From: a virus | Length of the DNA stretch: 64,000 nucleotides | Virus record (IMG/VR): IMGVR_UViG_3300045988_140747 | Strand: one strand, 5' to 3' | Shown: positions 17,272 through 25,717 of the stretch, one piece after another | How the letters are laid out: every line of letters starts with the position of its first letter | Position numbering within the stretch: position 1 is the stretch's first letter | Translations under genes and position numbers: made by a program | Notes under the pieces: model-generated | Database searches by the model: none | What the model was told of the DNA's origin: nothing | Seen by the model: the letters and a program-made list of their open reading frames with translations, nothing else

Positions 17272-17946
17272 ATGAAAGTTGAAAGACCCAGTTATCAAAT
17301 CCTTACTGAGATCTCAAAAGACGGCATCGAAGAGCTGCAGCGAATTGAACGCGTAGCACGAGTCTGCTATAAGAGCGAGGATAAGATCGTCCCGGATGGC
17401 TCATCGGCGAAGAAGCTGGTGAGCTTTCTTATTAAGCAGGAGCATGAGGCCATGCTGGAGCACTCCCAGCTGTCTGTGCTGTTCACCTGTGACAGGGCCA
17501 TTGCAAATGAACTGGTACGTCACCGCATTGCATCCTTCGCGCAGGAGAGCACCCGCTACTGCAACTATGCAGGGGAGAAATTCGGATGGGAGACTACGGT
17601 TATCAAACCGTACTACATTCCCGGCGATGGGTCTGACGCATATAAAGCTTGGTTCGATGCCTGCTGGGAAGCAGAGCAAAGCTATCTGAAGCTCATTCGG
17701 AGTGGTCTTCGTCCTGAACAAGCACGCTGCGTATTGCCGTTGTGCCTGAAGACAGAGATCGTGGTGACTGCCAACTACCGTGAGTGGCGTAACATTTTCA
17801 AATTGCGTACACATATCGCCGCTCACCCTCAGATGCGCCAGCTTATGTGCCCGCTTCTTCTCGAGCTGCAGAAGAAGATCCCGGTTGTGTTTGATGATAT
17901 CTACACCTACTGGCCGAATGATGACCAGACCGGTAAGAAAGCTTAA
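17272..17946 (+). CDS. thyX: FAD-dependent thymidylate synthase ThyX
   Basis: ATG 17272 after AAGGAAGG. ThyX signature RHRIASFAQESTRY, plus EHSQLSVLF and REWRNIFKLR. The 5' part of the track ORF (from 17026) runs across the tRNA and is not coding. Confidence 0.9.
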   Translation: MKVERPSYQILTEISKDGIEELQRIERVARVCYKSEDKIVPDGSSAKKLVSFLIKQEHEAMLEHSQLSVLFTCDRAIANELVRHRIASFAQESTRYCNYAGEKFGWETTVIKPYYIPGDGSDAYKAWFDACWEAEQSYLKLIRSGLRPEQARCVLPLCLKTEIVVTANYREWRNIFKLRTHIAAHPQMRQLMCPLLLELQKKIPVVFDDIYTYWPNDDQTGKKA

Positions 17947-17972
17947 CCCAAAGCCGTGGAAACACGGCACAT

Positions 17973-18062
17973 CGAGGATTCGCCAAGATGGTAATGCAGC
18001 GGAATTTGACTCCGCCAGTGCTGAATAAGCGATCGCAGGTTCGAGCCCTGCATCCTCGGCCA
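17973..18062 (+). tRNA. atypical class II tRNA, Ser-like scaffold with anticodon TTG (nominally Gln)
   Basis: Acceptor CGAGGAT/ATCCTCG, discriminator G, CCA. Anticodon arm GCGGA-ATTTGAC-TCCGC (perfect 5 bp). Long variable arm with TGCT/AGCG stem. T arm GCAGG-TTCGAGC-CCTGC. The D stem is weak. Confidence 0.55.
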
Positions 18063-18085
18063 TAAAAGCAATCTGGAGGTCGTTC

Positions 18086-18715
18086 ATGGAAAGCAAAGAA
18101 CAGCTGGTGATTTTCGGTGCCGGCCAGCAGGGGCGCGTATGTAAGCGCCTTGCCATTGAAAACGGTTATGATGTGGCAGCATTCATTGATGACTTTGCCG
18201 CAGGATTAGTAGAGGATGTCCCCGTTTATCAAACCATCTATGATATCCCGGACTTCCGAAAATACAAATATTTCGTTGCCATTGGGGATGTCAAGGCAAG
18301 ACGGAAGTTCGTTGACCAGATCTACTCTCAGAAACTTGAATCTGTCAATTTGATCGACAAAGCCGCCTATATCGAAGATGGAGCGCAGCTCGGTACAGGA
18401 AACTACATCTGCAAGCTTGCGATCATCTACGCATCTGCAAAGATCGGAAGCCACAACATTATCAACTGTAAGGCAGTTCTCGCCACGGATACGGTGGTAG
18501 GCACCAACAATAACATCTCAATGGGATGCAACCTATGCGGAAGCGTCCGTGTCGGGAACAACTGCTACATAGGATGTCAGGCGTCCATTGTGAGCGAACG
18601 AACTATTGGAAACGGCTCTACTGTCGCAGCTGGCGCTGTTGTCCTGAAGAATGTCCCTGAGAATTCTTTCGTTGCTGGTGTACCTGCCATTCCGAAGGAG
18701 AGGAAAAGACGATGA
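18086..18715 (+). CDS. NeuD/PglD-family hexapeptide-repeat sugar N/O-acyltransferase
   Basis: N-terminal Rossmann-like VIFGAGQQGR...AFIDD, then left-handed beta-helix hexapeptide repeats (IGSHNIIN, VGTNNNIS, VGNNCYIG, IGNGSTVAAGAVV). Confidence 0.8.
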   Translation: MESKEQLVIFGAGQQGRVCKRLAIENGYDVAAFIDDFAAGLVEDVPVYQTIYDIPDFRKYKYFVAIGDVKARRKFVDQIYSQKLESVNLIDKAAYIEDGAQLGTGNYICKLAIIYASAKIGSHNIINCKAVLATDTVVGTNNNISMGCNLCGSVRVGNNCYIGCQASIVSERTIGNGSTVAAGAVVLKNVPENSFVAGVPAIPKERKRR

Positions 18716-19374
18716 AAGTTCTTGTTATCGCACCTCACCCTGATGACGAGATTCTCGGTGTTGGCGGAACGATAGCAAAAAGGGCTGCTGTCGGCGATGA
18801 AGTTACCGTGTGCATCTGTACAAAGGGCGTACACCCTATGTTCGATCAAAAGATTATTAAAGCTGGACGTGATGAAGCCAGAAAGGCTCACACATACCTT
18901 GGTGTCTCAGAAACCATATTTCTGGATCTTCCTGCTGCAGAGCTTGATAGTCTGCCTATGACTGATATCGTGGGAAGGCTCGAGAATGTGGTTTGCGAAA
19001 CACGTCCAGATGAGATTTTCATTCCTCATCATGGTGACATCCACAATGACCATAAGGCTATCTCTGCTGCCGCGATGGTTGCTTTGAGGCCGAAACGGTT
19101 CAAGAAGCCTGTTCGCATTCTCAGCTATGAGGTTCCGTCTGAGACAGGATGGGATACTCCTACTCCAGAAAATGCATTTAGCCCGAATGTATATGAGGAT
19201 ATCACCGACACAATCGGAAAGAAGCTCGACGCTGTTCTTATATACAGATCGCAAGCTGAACAGTGGCCGGGCGCTCGTTCCGCGGGCGCTGTTGAAGCTC
19301 TTGCAAAATATCGGGGATCTACCGTCTGCATCCCTTACGCCGAGGCATTTCAGCTTGTAAGGCAGACACTGTGA
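18712..19374 (+). CDS. PIG-L/LmbE-family de-N-acetylase
   Basis: VLVIAPHPDDEILGVGGT...HHGDIHNDH are the zinc-binding motifs of GlcNAc-type deacetylases. ATGA overlap with the upstream gene. Confidence 0.8.
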   Translation: MKVLVIAPHPDDEILGVGGTIAKRAAVGDEVTVCICTKGVHPMFDQKIIKAGRDEARKAHTYLGVSETIFLDLPAAELDSLPMTDIVGRLENVVCETRPDEIFIPHHGDIHNDHKAISAAAMVALRPKRFKKPVRILSYEVPSETGWDTPTPENAFSPNVYEDITDTIGKKLDAVLIYRSQAEQWPGARSAGAVEALAKYRGSTVCIPYAEAFQLVRQTL

Positions 19375-19401
19375 CCAACATCTAAAGAAGAGGGTTCGTC
19401 A

Positions 19402-20055
19402 ATGGAAAAACGAATTGAAGTTTGCAAGATGAGAGCTGGAGATATCAAAACCGGCTTCGGGAATCCCAGAAAGATCAGCAACAAAAAAATGGATGAGCTC
19501 GAGCAGAGCATGAGCACCTTCGGAGATTTCGGGATTTTCCTCATCGACGAAAAGAACAACGTCATCGGCGGAAACCAGCGGTTGAAAGTTGTCAAGAAGC
19601 TTTATGGCGAAGATGCCATGATTGATTGCAAACGGCTCATCGGATATTCTCAATCCGAGCTCAAGGCGATCAACATCAAGGACAACACACACTCTGGTGA
19701 ATGGGACCTTGACTTGTTGGCTGACTGGACTTCTGAACTCGTCATGGACTTCAGCGTTGAGGCCGAGGAGAAGAAGCAGATCGAAGAGCGCGAGATCCCG
19801 GAGATGGAGCTTATCCACTACGAAAAGTACGATTATGTCATGATCGTATGCAACAACGAGCTGGATTACAACAATCTGGTGAGAGCACTTGGCATCGAAG
19901 GCAAGAAAGTTCGGATTTCCAAACGCAAGATCAACGCGCGTGCGGTCTGGTATCACAAGATGAAGGCGAAGGTCATTCCTTACGATGAACTTCCTGAAGA
20001 ACTTCTTGATGATTCTGACATCAAGGCAAGGGATGGCGGTGGCGAAGATGAGTAA
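19402..20055 (+). CDS. ParB/Srx-fold N-terminal domain protein
   Basis: GFGNPRKIS...SMSTFGDFGIFLIDEKNNVIGGNQRL...NIKDNTHSGEWDLDLLADW is the pattern of ParB-like nuclease/NTP-binding domains, often fused to phage DNA methylases. No methylase domain here. Confidence 0.65.
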   Translation: MEKRIEVCKMRAGDIKTGFGNPRKISNKKMDELEQSMSTFGDFGIFLIDEKNNVIGGNQRLKVVKKLYGEDAMIDCKRLIGYSQSELKAINIKDNTHSGEWDLDLLADWTSELVMDFSVEAEEKKQIEEREIPEMELIHYEKYDYVMIVCNNELDYNNLVRALGIEGKKVRISKRKINARAVWYHKMKAKVIPYDELPEELLDDSDIKARDGGGEDE

Positions 20056-20671
20056 CAATACTCTCGTTATCCTTGGTGCCGGCCAGCAGGGAAGAAACTG
20101 CCATAGACTGGCTCCCATCAACGGTTATCAAACGGTTGCCTTCGTCGATGATTTCATCACTGACCCAGTGGAAGACATCCGGGTGTATAGCAAGATCGAA
20201 GATATTCCGGATTTCATGGATCATAAGTACATCGTTGCTGTTGGGGATCTTGCGGTCAGAAAAAAGTTCATTGAGCAGATCAATCTGCTTGGCCTTGAGT
20301 GCGCAAACCTGATTGATCCCACCGCTGATATCGAACCCGGAGCCAAGATTGGAACTGGCAACTACATCTACAAGTTCGCCAGCGTGTATGCTTCGGCCAC
20401 AATCGGAGACCACAACATTATCAATTGCAAAGCTGTACTTGCTACCGACAGCGTTATTGGCAACAACTGCAATATCTGCATGGGAAGCAACATCTGTGGC
20501 GCGGTTCATGTAGGAGACAATAGCTATATTGGGTACAACGCAACGGTCGTCAGCGGGAACAACGTGGGGGCGAACGCCACAGTGGAGGCTGGATCTGTGG
20601 TTATGGAGGATGTGCCGGACTGGCTCCGCGTTTCTGGTATTCCGGCTCGAGACGCCGAAGAACTGTGGTAA
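20048..20671 (+). CDS. NeuD/PglD-family acyltransferase, second paralogue
   Basis: ATG 20048 overlaps the upstream stop. Alignable over its full length with 18086-18715 (VILGAGQQGR, IGDHNIINCKAVLATD, VGDNSYIG). Confidence 0.8.
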   Translation: MSNNTLVILGAGQQGRNCHRLAPINGYQTVAFVDDFITDPVEDIRVYSKIEDIPDFMDHKYIVAVGDLAVRKKFIEQINLLGLECANLIDPTADIEPGAKIGTGNYIYKFASVYASATIGDHNIINCKAVLATDSVIGNNCNICMGSNICGAVHVGDNSYIGYNATVVSGNNVGANATVEAGSVVMEDVPDWLRVSGIPARDAEELW

Positions 20672-20686
20672 ACGTAGAGGTGTAAT

Positions 20687-21403
20687 ATGGAAAAGCCAGA
20701 TATTTTCGGAATCTACATTCCGAGCTATAAGAGATCTGATACGATTACCACTCATAAGCTTCTCGAATACTACAAGGTTGTTATTCGCCAGAGCGAATAT
20801 GAAGACTACCTCAAGACCATCCCTGCAGAAAACATCATTGCCGTTCAGGACGATCTTATCGATAGCGTTCCGAAGGTGTGGAACTGGATCATCGACAATG
20901 CAGAGGAGGACTACTTCTGCATTATCGGTGATGATGTTCCAAGGTTCTACTACCGGCTTGAGAAGAGCGAGGCCATCACAGATCCTGAGATTATCACTTC
21001 TGAGATAGAGCGAATCGGCCAGCTTATGATCGATCTCAATATCGGATGGGGATGTGATGATGCCACCAACGTGCCTTGGGGATACGATGCTGAGTTCACG
21101 TTCAAGGGGACTACCGGCGGAATCAACTGGATTAACAGGAAGAAGCTCAAGGGAAGGTTCAATGCGGAAATCGGATACTGCTGCGATACCGATGTCGTTA
21201 TGCAGGAACTTCTGGTAAACCGGATTATTCTCAAACCCAAGTATTTGTGTCCCGGCGGTGGAGCTGACAAAAACAAAGGCGGCAACTCAAAGAAGAGCCG
21301 AGAGAGTATGATTGCCAGCTTCGAACTTATGAAAACGAAGTGGGGCAAGTATTTCGACTACGACCTGAAGACCAACAAGATCTATGTGAGGGTTCCGCGA
21401 TGA
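20687..21403 (+). CDS. putative GT-A-like glycosyltransferase
   Basis: N-terminal IYIPSYKRSD strand-loop and FCIIGDDV (DxD-like). Resembles phage DNA/TET-associated or GT2-like glycosyltransferases. Assignment by motif only. Confidence 0.4.
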   Translation: MEKPDIFGIYIPSYKRSDTITTHKLLEYYKVVIRQSEYEDYLKTIPAENIIAVQDDLIDSVPKVWNWIIDNAEEDYFCIIGDDVPRFYYRLEKSEAITDPEIITSEIERIGQLMIDLNIGWGCDDATNVPWGYDAEFTFKGTTGGINWINRKKLKGRFNAEIGYCCDTDVVMQELLVNRIILKPKYLCPGGGADKNKGGNSKKSRESMIASFELMKTKWGKYFDYDLKTNKIYVRVPR

Positions 21404-22083
21404 CCGATGTAAGAGTGTTCTCAGGCCATCAGCCAAACTTCCTTCCATACATGGGCGTGTTCTACAAGATGTACCGTTCCAACGTGTTTGTCTTGGATGA
21501 CGATGTGCAGTATTCTAGGGATGGACTTCACAACGCCAACTTTATCAAAGTGAATGGGTCTAAGCACAGGATTACCGTGCCGGTCAAATACAACTTTGGA
21601 GATCCGATCAACAAGGTTGAGATATGCAACGACATGGATTGGGCTGGCAAGATGCTCAAGACTATGAAGTGCGCTTATGCAAAGGCTCCGCATTTTGAAG
21701 AAGGATATGGGCTCTTGGAAAGGCATTTTCAAAACATGCCAACCCGCTTGTCGGACTTGAACATTGGCCTCATCCGCGAAATCGCAGATAGATTCGGGAT
21801 GACGTGCAAAATTGTCGTTGCCAGCGAATCTGTTCCTACGGATCTCAAGAAGAACGAAAGAAACCTCTACCAATGCATCACCCTCGGGGGAAGTGAGTAC
21901 CTGTCAGGAGAGGGAGGAAGGGTATACAACGACGAAGAGCTGTTTGCTGGGCACGGGATCGACGTGAAGTACTCCGATTATCATCCACTCCATTACAGGC
22001 AAGTCGGTAGGGAGTTCATCGAGAACTTATCCGTTATTGACTACATTTTTAATGTTGGATTTGCGATTCCTGAAGAATGGTGA
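21400..22083 (+). CDS. WbqC-family protein
   Basis: ATG 21400 (ATGA overlap). SGHQPNFLPYMGVFYKM...VLDDDVQYSRDG..HNANFI...ITVPV...LSVIDYIFNVG matches the WbqC-like O-antigen-cluster family pattern. Confidence 0.7.
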   Translation: MTDVRVFSGHQPNFLPYMGVFYKMYRSNVFVLDDDVQYSRDGLHNANFIKVNGSKHRITVPVKYNFGDPINKVEICNDMDWAGKMLKTMKCAYAKAPHFEEGYGLLERHFQNMPTRLSDLNIGLIREIADRFGMTCKIVVASESVPTDLKKNERNLYQCITLGGSEYLSGEGGRVYNDEELFAGHGIDVKYSDYHPLHYRQVGREFIENLSVIDYIFNVGFAIPEEW

Positions 22084-22112
22084 AATAATTCTCGGTGATA
22101 CGTCAAAAATAC

Positions 22113-22156
22113 TTTACAAATGGAATGGTTGTGTTACGATATAGTTATATAAAAAC
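22113..22156 (+). promoter_or_regulatory. promoter P2: TTTACA-16 nt-TGtTACGAT plus downstream atAGTTATATAAAAAc
   Basis: Second copy of the conserved promoter-like motif. About 20 nt upstream of the RBS of 22175. Confidence 0.55.
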
Positions 22157-22174
22157 CACATCAGGAGGTTAAAT

Positions 22175-23335
22175 ATGGCTTATCCGTACACAGAGAATGG
22201 CTACAACATGTTCGACATGCTCAGCCTGATTCAGAAATCCATCCGCCGTTCCGACTACAATCATGCAAGCTTCGCAGCAAAACAACTCAAGGGGCGATAC
22301 CGCAGTACAATGTGGAATCGCCTTTTTGTCACCGCATCGGAAGACTGTTTTGGCGTATTATCAAAAGAACTCGTCGAGCTGAGGAAATGTGATGAAGTGC
22401 ATCCCAGCGACCAGAACCTCAGTGATGCACTCGCTCTGATGTGCAGAGCAAAGAAAAGCCGGGATGCCTGCTACTTTGCCTGCAATTTCGTCCTTGCAAA
22501 CAGAAAGCCGCGCAACTTCGAGTTTTCGGAATCGGAGATGTACGGTTTTCATTTGCAGTTGAATAGAATCCATGATCGTATTGCCGGGAAGATCAATCCT
22601 GATGGATGCGATCAGCTCTCTATCGAAGAGAACGGATTCAAAGAAGCTGACATTGACTACTGCGATCTGTTCTGTGAACTCAGCGAGGGAGAAGCCGCAG
22701 TGGCATACAATGGCCTTGCTCTCCAGAAGGCTATGAAACACCGCGACATGGATATGATCGGCTATCACACCAACTTCTTCCGGGAAAATTGCCGAGAGAA
22801 GTTTTGGGAGACACTGCTCGATTACACCCTGACCAATGCGCTGGATCTCTATAGTGAGATTGACGCCCTGCGGATCTGCGATGAAGTTGTCAACAAGAGG
22901 AGAGCACCTCTCGATAAGGACAACATCTTCGTGGCGAAGGCGGTCATGCTGCTGTGCTACTACGAAGATGACCGGTTCGACTCCGTATTATCAAACAAGA
23001 TTGTCAAGTTCGATGAGCTTATCGACTGGTCGCAGTGGGACATTCCTTCCATTGAGCGGGCAAGGCTCGTGAATGGTGAAATCCCTGAGTGGGTATATGA
23101 CTGCCACACCCTGAAGGGAAAGAAAGCGGGGAAAACCGACTGGGATATGACCGTTAGTGAGCAGGCAGCTCTTACACCTCTCCAGCCGGCATACTTCGAT
23201 GAAGCAAGCTGGCTGTACACCTACGAGCAGGACGTGGAGATGGGAGTTCTCGATGAGGTGGGGATGAAGCCCATCCGGGAATTCGCAAAAACGCATCCAG
23301 TGAATCCCGTGGAGGTAATCCCCTATGAGGAGTGA
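22175..23335 (+). CDS. hypothetical protein with MgsA/RarA C-terminal-like helical domain
   Basis: N-terminal FDMLSLIQKSIRRSDYNHASFAAKQL...RLFVTASEDCFGV parallels the RarA C-domain motif (SA.HKS.RGSD.DAA.YW...RR...ASED.G). No AAA+ module. Confidence 0.45.
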   Translation: MAYPYTENGYNMFDMLSLIQKSIRRSDYNHASFAAKQLKGRYRSTMWNRLFVTASEDCFGVLSKELVELRKCDEVHPSDQNLSDALALMCRAKKSRDACYFACNFVLANRKPRNFEFSESEMYGFHLQLNRIHDRIAGKINPDGCDQLSIEENGFKEADIDYCDLFCELSEGEAAVAYNGLALQKAMKHRDMDMIGYHTNFFRENCREKFWETLLDYTLTNALDLYSEIDALRICDEVVNKRRAPLDKDNIFVAKAVMLLCYYEDDRFDSVLSNKIVKFDELIDWSQWDIPSIERARLVNGEIPEWVYDCHTLKGKKAGKTDWDMTVSEQAALTPLQPAYFDEASWLYTYEQDVEMGVLDEVGMKPIREFAKTHPVNPVEVIPYEE

Positions 23336-23576
23336 GCCTGAAAGAAAGTCCGATAAGGTCCGGAGGTTGGTGGCAGAGGGAAGATACAAGGAAGCCCTGA
23401 GAATTGCCAAGGATTTCCATTTTGGCATATCCAAGGAAGACTCCGACACCATGAAGCGGGGATATGAATGTATGGTATGGCCGGACTTTTACAGGCAGAT
23501 AGGGAAGATGCCCTCTGAAATCTCACAAAAAGCCATAGAAACCGTGCAACGGCTGTATGGAATAAAATCAATCTAA
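23325..23576 (+). CDS. hypothetical protein
   Basis: 83 aa. GGAGG about 9 nt upstream. Overlaps the upstream gene's end. Confidence 0.5.
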   Translation: MRSEPERKSDKVRRLVAEGRYKEALRIAKDFHFGISKEDSDTMKRGYECMVWPDFYRQIGKMPSEISQKAIETVQRLYGIKSI

Positions 23577-23598
23577 GAAGATAAAAAACGCTCATAAA

Positions 23599-23635
23599 CA
23601 GCCTCTACGATCAATGCGTAGGGGCTGTAATTTTT
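23599..23635 (+). terminator. rho-independent terminator
   Basis: CAGCCTCTACG-atcaatg-CGTAGGGGCTG (11 bp, one T-G) followed by TAATTTTT. Confidence 0.7.
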
Positions 23636-23643
23636 GAAAAAGG

Positions 23644-24255
23644 TTGGTGAAACTAGTGGACGAAAACAAGGAACGGAATGACGCTCCCGAAACGGCGCTT
23701 AAAAGCGCGAAGAAAACGCGAAGAAAACTTTCCCCTCAACTGAAGGAAAATCAATACACCAAGGGGTCCGAAAAGGCAAGAGAGAATGGTCGGAAGGGCG
23801 GGATCAAATCCGGCGAGTCCAAACGGAACAAGAAGGATGCCAGAGAGTCTATCCGGTATATGCTTCAGTTGTCCGCCAAGAAGGGCTGGGAAGCAAACCT
23901 CAAGGAGTTTGGCGTTGCTACGGAAGAGCTGACCAACATGAACGCCCTTAGCGCCAGGCTGTTTTCAATGGCTTTGAGCGGAAACCTTGATGCCTATCTG
24001 ACCCTCATGAAGATGGGAGGATATGATCCCGAAGAAATCCGTAGAGAGCGCGAGAGCATTGCATCCGATGCCCGCCGGGATAAGGAAGTCAATGCTAAGG
24101 TGGAAGCTCTCGGTAATGGGCCGGATGGATCCAGCGCCGCGCTCAACATGAATGACGAGGAAGGCCACAGCGATGTCGTAATCTACATGCCGCAGGTAGA
24201 AAAGTTCGAGGATCTTGAGGAAAAAGACCAAGAGGGCGGCAAGACTGAGGAATAA
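23644..24255 (+). CDS. putative terminase small subunit
   Basis: Sits immediately upstream of TerL. 203 aa with a basic N-half (KKTRRKL, GRKGGIKSGESKRNKK) and an acidic tail. TTG/GTG start. Assignment is mainly positional. Confidence 0.5.
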   Translation: MVKLVDENKERNDAPETALKSAKKTRRKLSPQLKENQYTKGSEKARENGRKGGIKSGESKRNKKDARESIRYMLQLSAKKGWEANLKEFGVATEELTNMNALSARLFSMALSGNLDAYLTLMKMGGYDPEEIRRERESIASDARRDKEVNAKVEALGNGPDGSSAALNMNDEEGHSDVVIYMPQVEKFEDLEEKDQEGGKTEE

Positions 24256-24288
24256 TTTTCCAAATTCCGTTCGGAAGGGGTGATGAGT

Positions 24289-25691
24289 ATGCCACAGATC
24301 CTGAAGCCGCAGGAAGGACCTCAGACACGGTTCATGTCTACCCCCGCGAGCATTTGTATCTATGGCGGCTAGGAGCAGCCGGCGGAGGGAAAAGCTTTGG
24401 ATTGCTCATGTCTGCCCTTCGGTACAAGAACGTGCCCGGGTTTGGCTGCACCATATTCCGAAAGAACTTCAACCAGATATTTGCACAGGGCGGTCTGTGG
24501 GATGAATCCATGCAGATCTACCAAGACGTCAAGGGAGCTTGTCCCAAGTTCGCTCGAGGGCAATGGTTGTTCTGCAATGACAAAGGTGAGGTTTTATCAA
24601 AGGTCACGTTTGCTCATATTGAGAAGGATGAGGACGTCCATAAATGGCAAGGCTCTCAGATCTGCGAATTGGGATTTGACGAGCTAACTCATTTTACCGA
24701 GAAAACGTTCTTCTATATGCTATCCCGTAACCGATCTGCCTGTGGTGTTGAGCCATTTGTCAGGGCTACATGCAACCCTGATGCGAATTCATGGGTGGCA
24801 AAGTTCATTGAGTGGTGGATCGATCAGGATACTGGATACCCAATCCCTGAACGGAGTGGGAAGATTCGATGGTTTATCCGCCGGGATGAAGTGCTCTACT
24901 GGGCTAATACCCGGCAAGAGCTCTGGAAAAGATTCAATCTCACTACAGAAGAGGAGAAAAGTGAGCCAAGGTCTGTCACGTTCATAATGTCTAAGTTGAG
25001 CGACAACAAGGAACTTATGAAGGTGAACCCGGGCTACCTTGCAAACCTAAAGGCGCTGTCTCAGATCGAGAGAGAGCGCCTTCTTTATGGAAACTGGAAG
25101 ATCAAGGCCGCTGCTGGTCTCTACTTCAAGAGATCACAGCTTGGAGAGATTCTCAATAGTGTCCCTGCGGATGTCATCCAGTGGGTAAGATGCTGGGACT
25201 TGGCTGCTACGGAAAAGGACGACAAGGGAGACCCGGCATATACTGCTGGCGTCCTTATGGGAAAGCGGAAGAATGGACGATATGTCATTGCCAACGTTGT
25301 CAACAAGCAGATGTCCGCATCTGATGTCCGAAAGACCATCAAGCTCACGGCACAGTCTGATAGAGCTGCCTATAAGCGAGTCCGAGTTCGATTGCCACAG
25401 GATCCCGGACAGGCCGGTAAGGAACAGGCGGAGTCCTACATAAAGTTCTTGGCCGGCTTTGATGTTACGACTGTGGCAGAAAGCGGAACCAAAGAGGCAA
25501 GAGCGGAGCCAATGGCTGCACAATGGCAGGCTGGAAACTTCGACATTGTATACGGCGAGTGGAATGAAGAGTACCTGCTTCAGCTTGAAAACTTCCCAGA
25601 TGGAAAGTTCAAGGATATGGTCGATGCTTCCGCAAATGCTTTTGCAGAGATCGAATCCAGATGCGCATTCAACCTCAGCAACCTGATTTGA
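24289..25691 (+). CDS. terL: terminase large subunit, reading frame interrupted near codon 27
   Basis: ATG 24289 (RBS GGAAGGGG) encodes MPQILKPQEGPQTRFMSTPASICIYGG, then TAG 24370. The -1 frame continues LGAAGGGKSFGLL (Walker A), FDELTHF and ATCNPD. The long frame has no ATG or RBS of its own. Confidence 0.75.
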
Positions 25692-25717
25692 TTACCATAC
25701 CGGAAGGAGATATAAGC

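Noticed and set aside
19399-20755. Long minus-strand ORFs (19399-20121, 20021-20755; similarly 32059-32766, 41951-42724, 48704-49627, 58992-59720, 25580-26170, 28991-29815)
   Set aside because: They are antisense to + strand genes with strong motif support. None has an RBS or recognisable motifs. The whole window is otherwise unidirectional.
24370-24687. TAG read-through / stop-codon reassignment as the explanation for the TerL interruption
   Set aside because: Continuing in the original frame past TAG gives EQPAEGKALDCSCLPFG..., which is not TerL-like. The Walker A and the rest of TerL are in the -1 frame. TAG is also used as an ordinary stop elsewhere (e.g. 40637-39). None of the tRNAs I could fold has a CUA anticodon.
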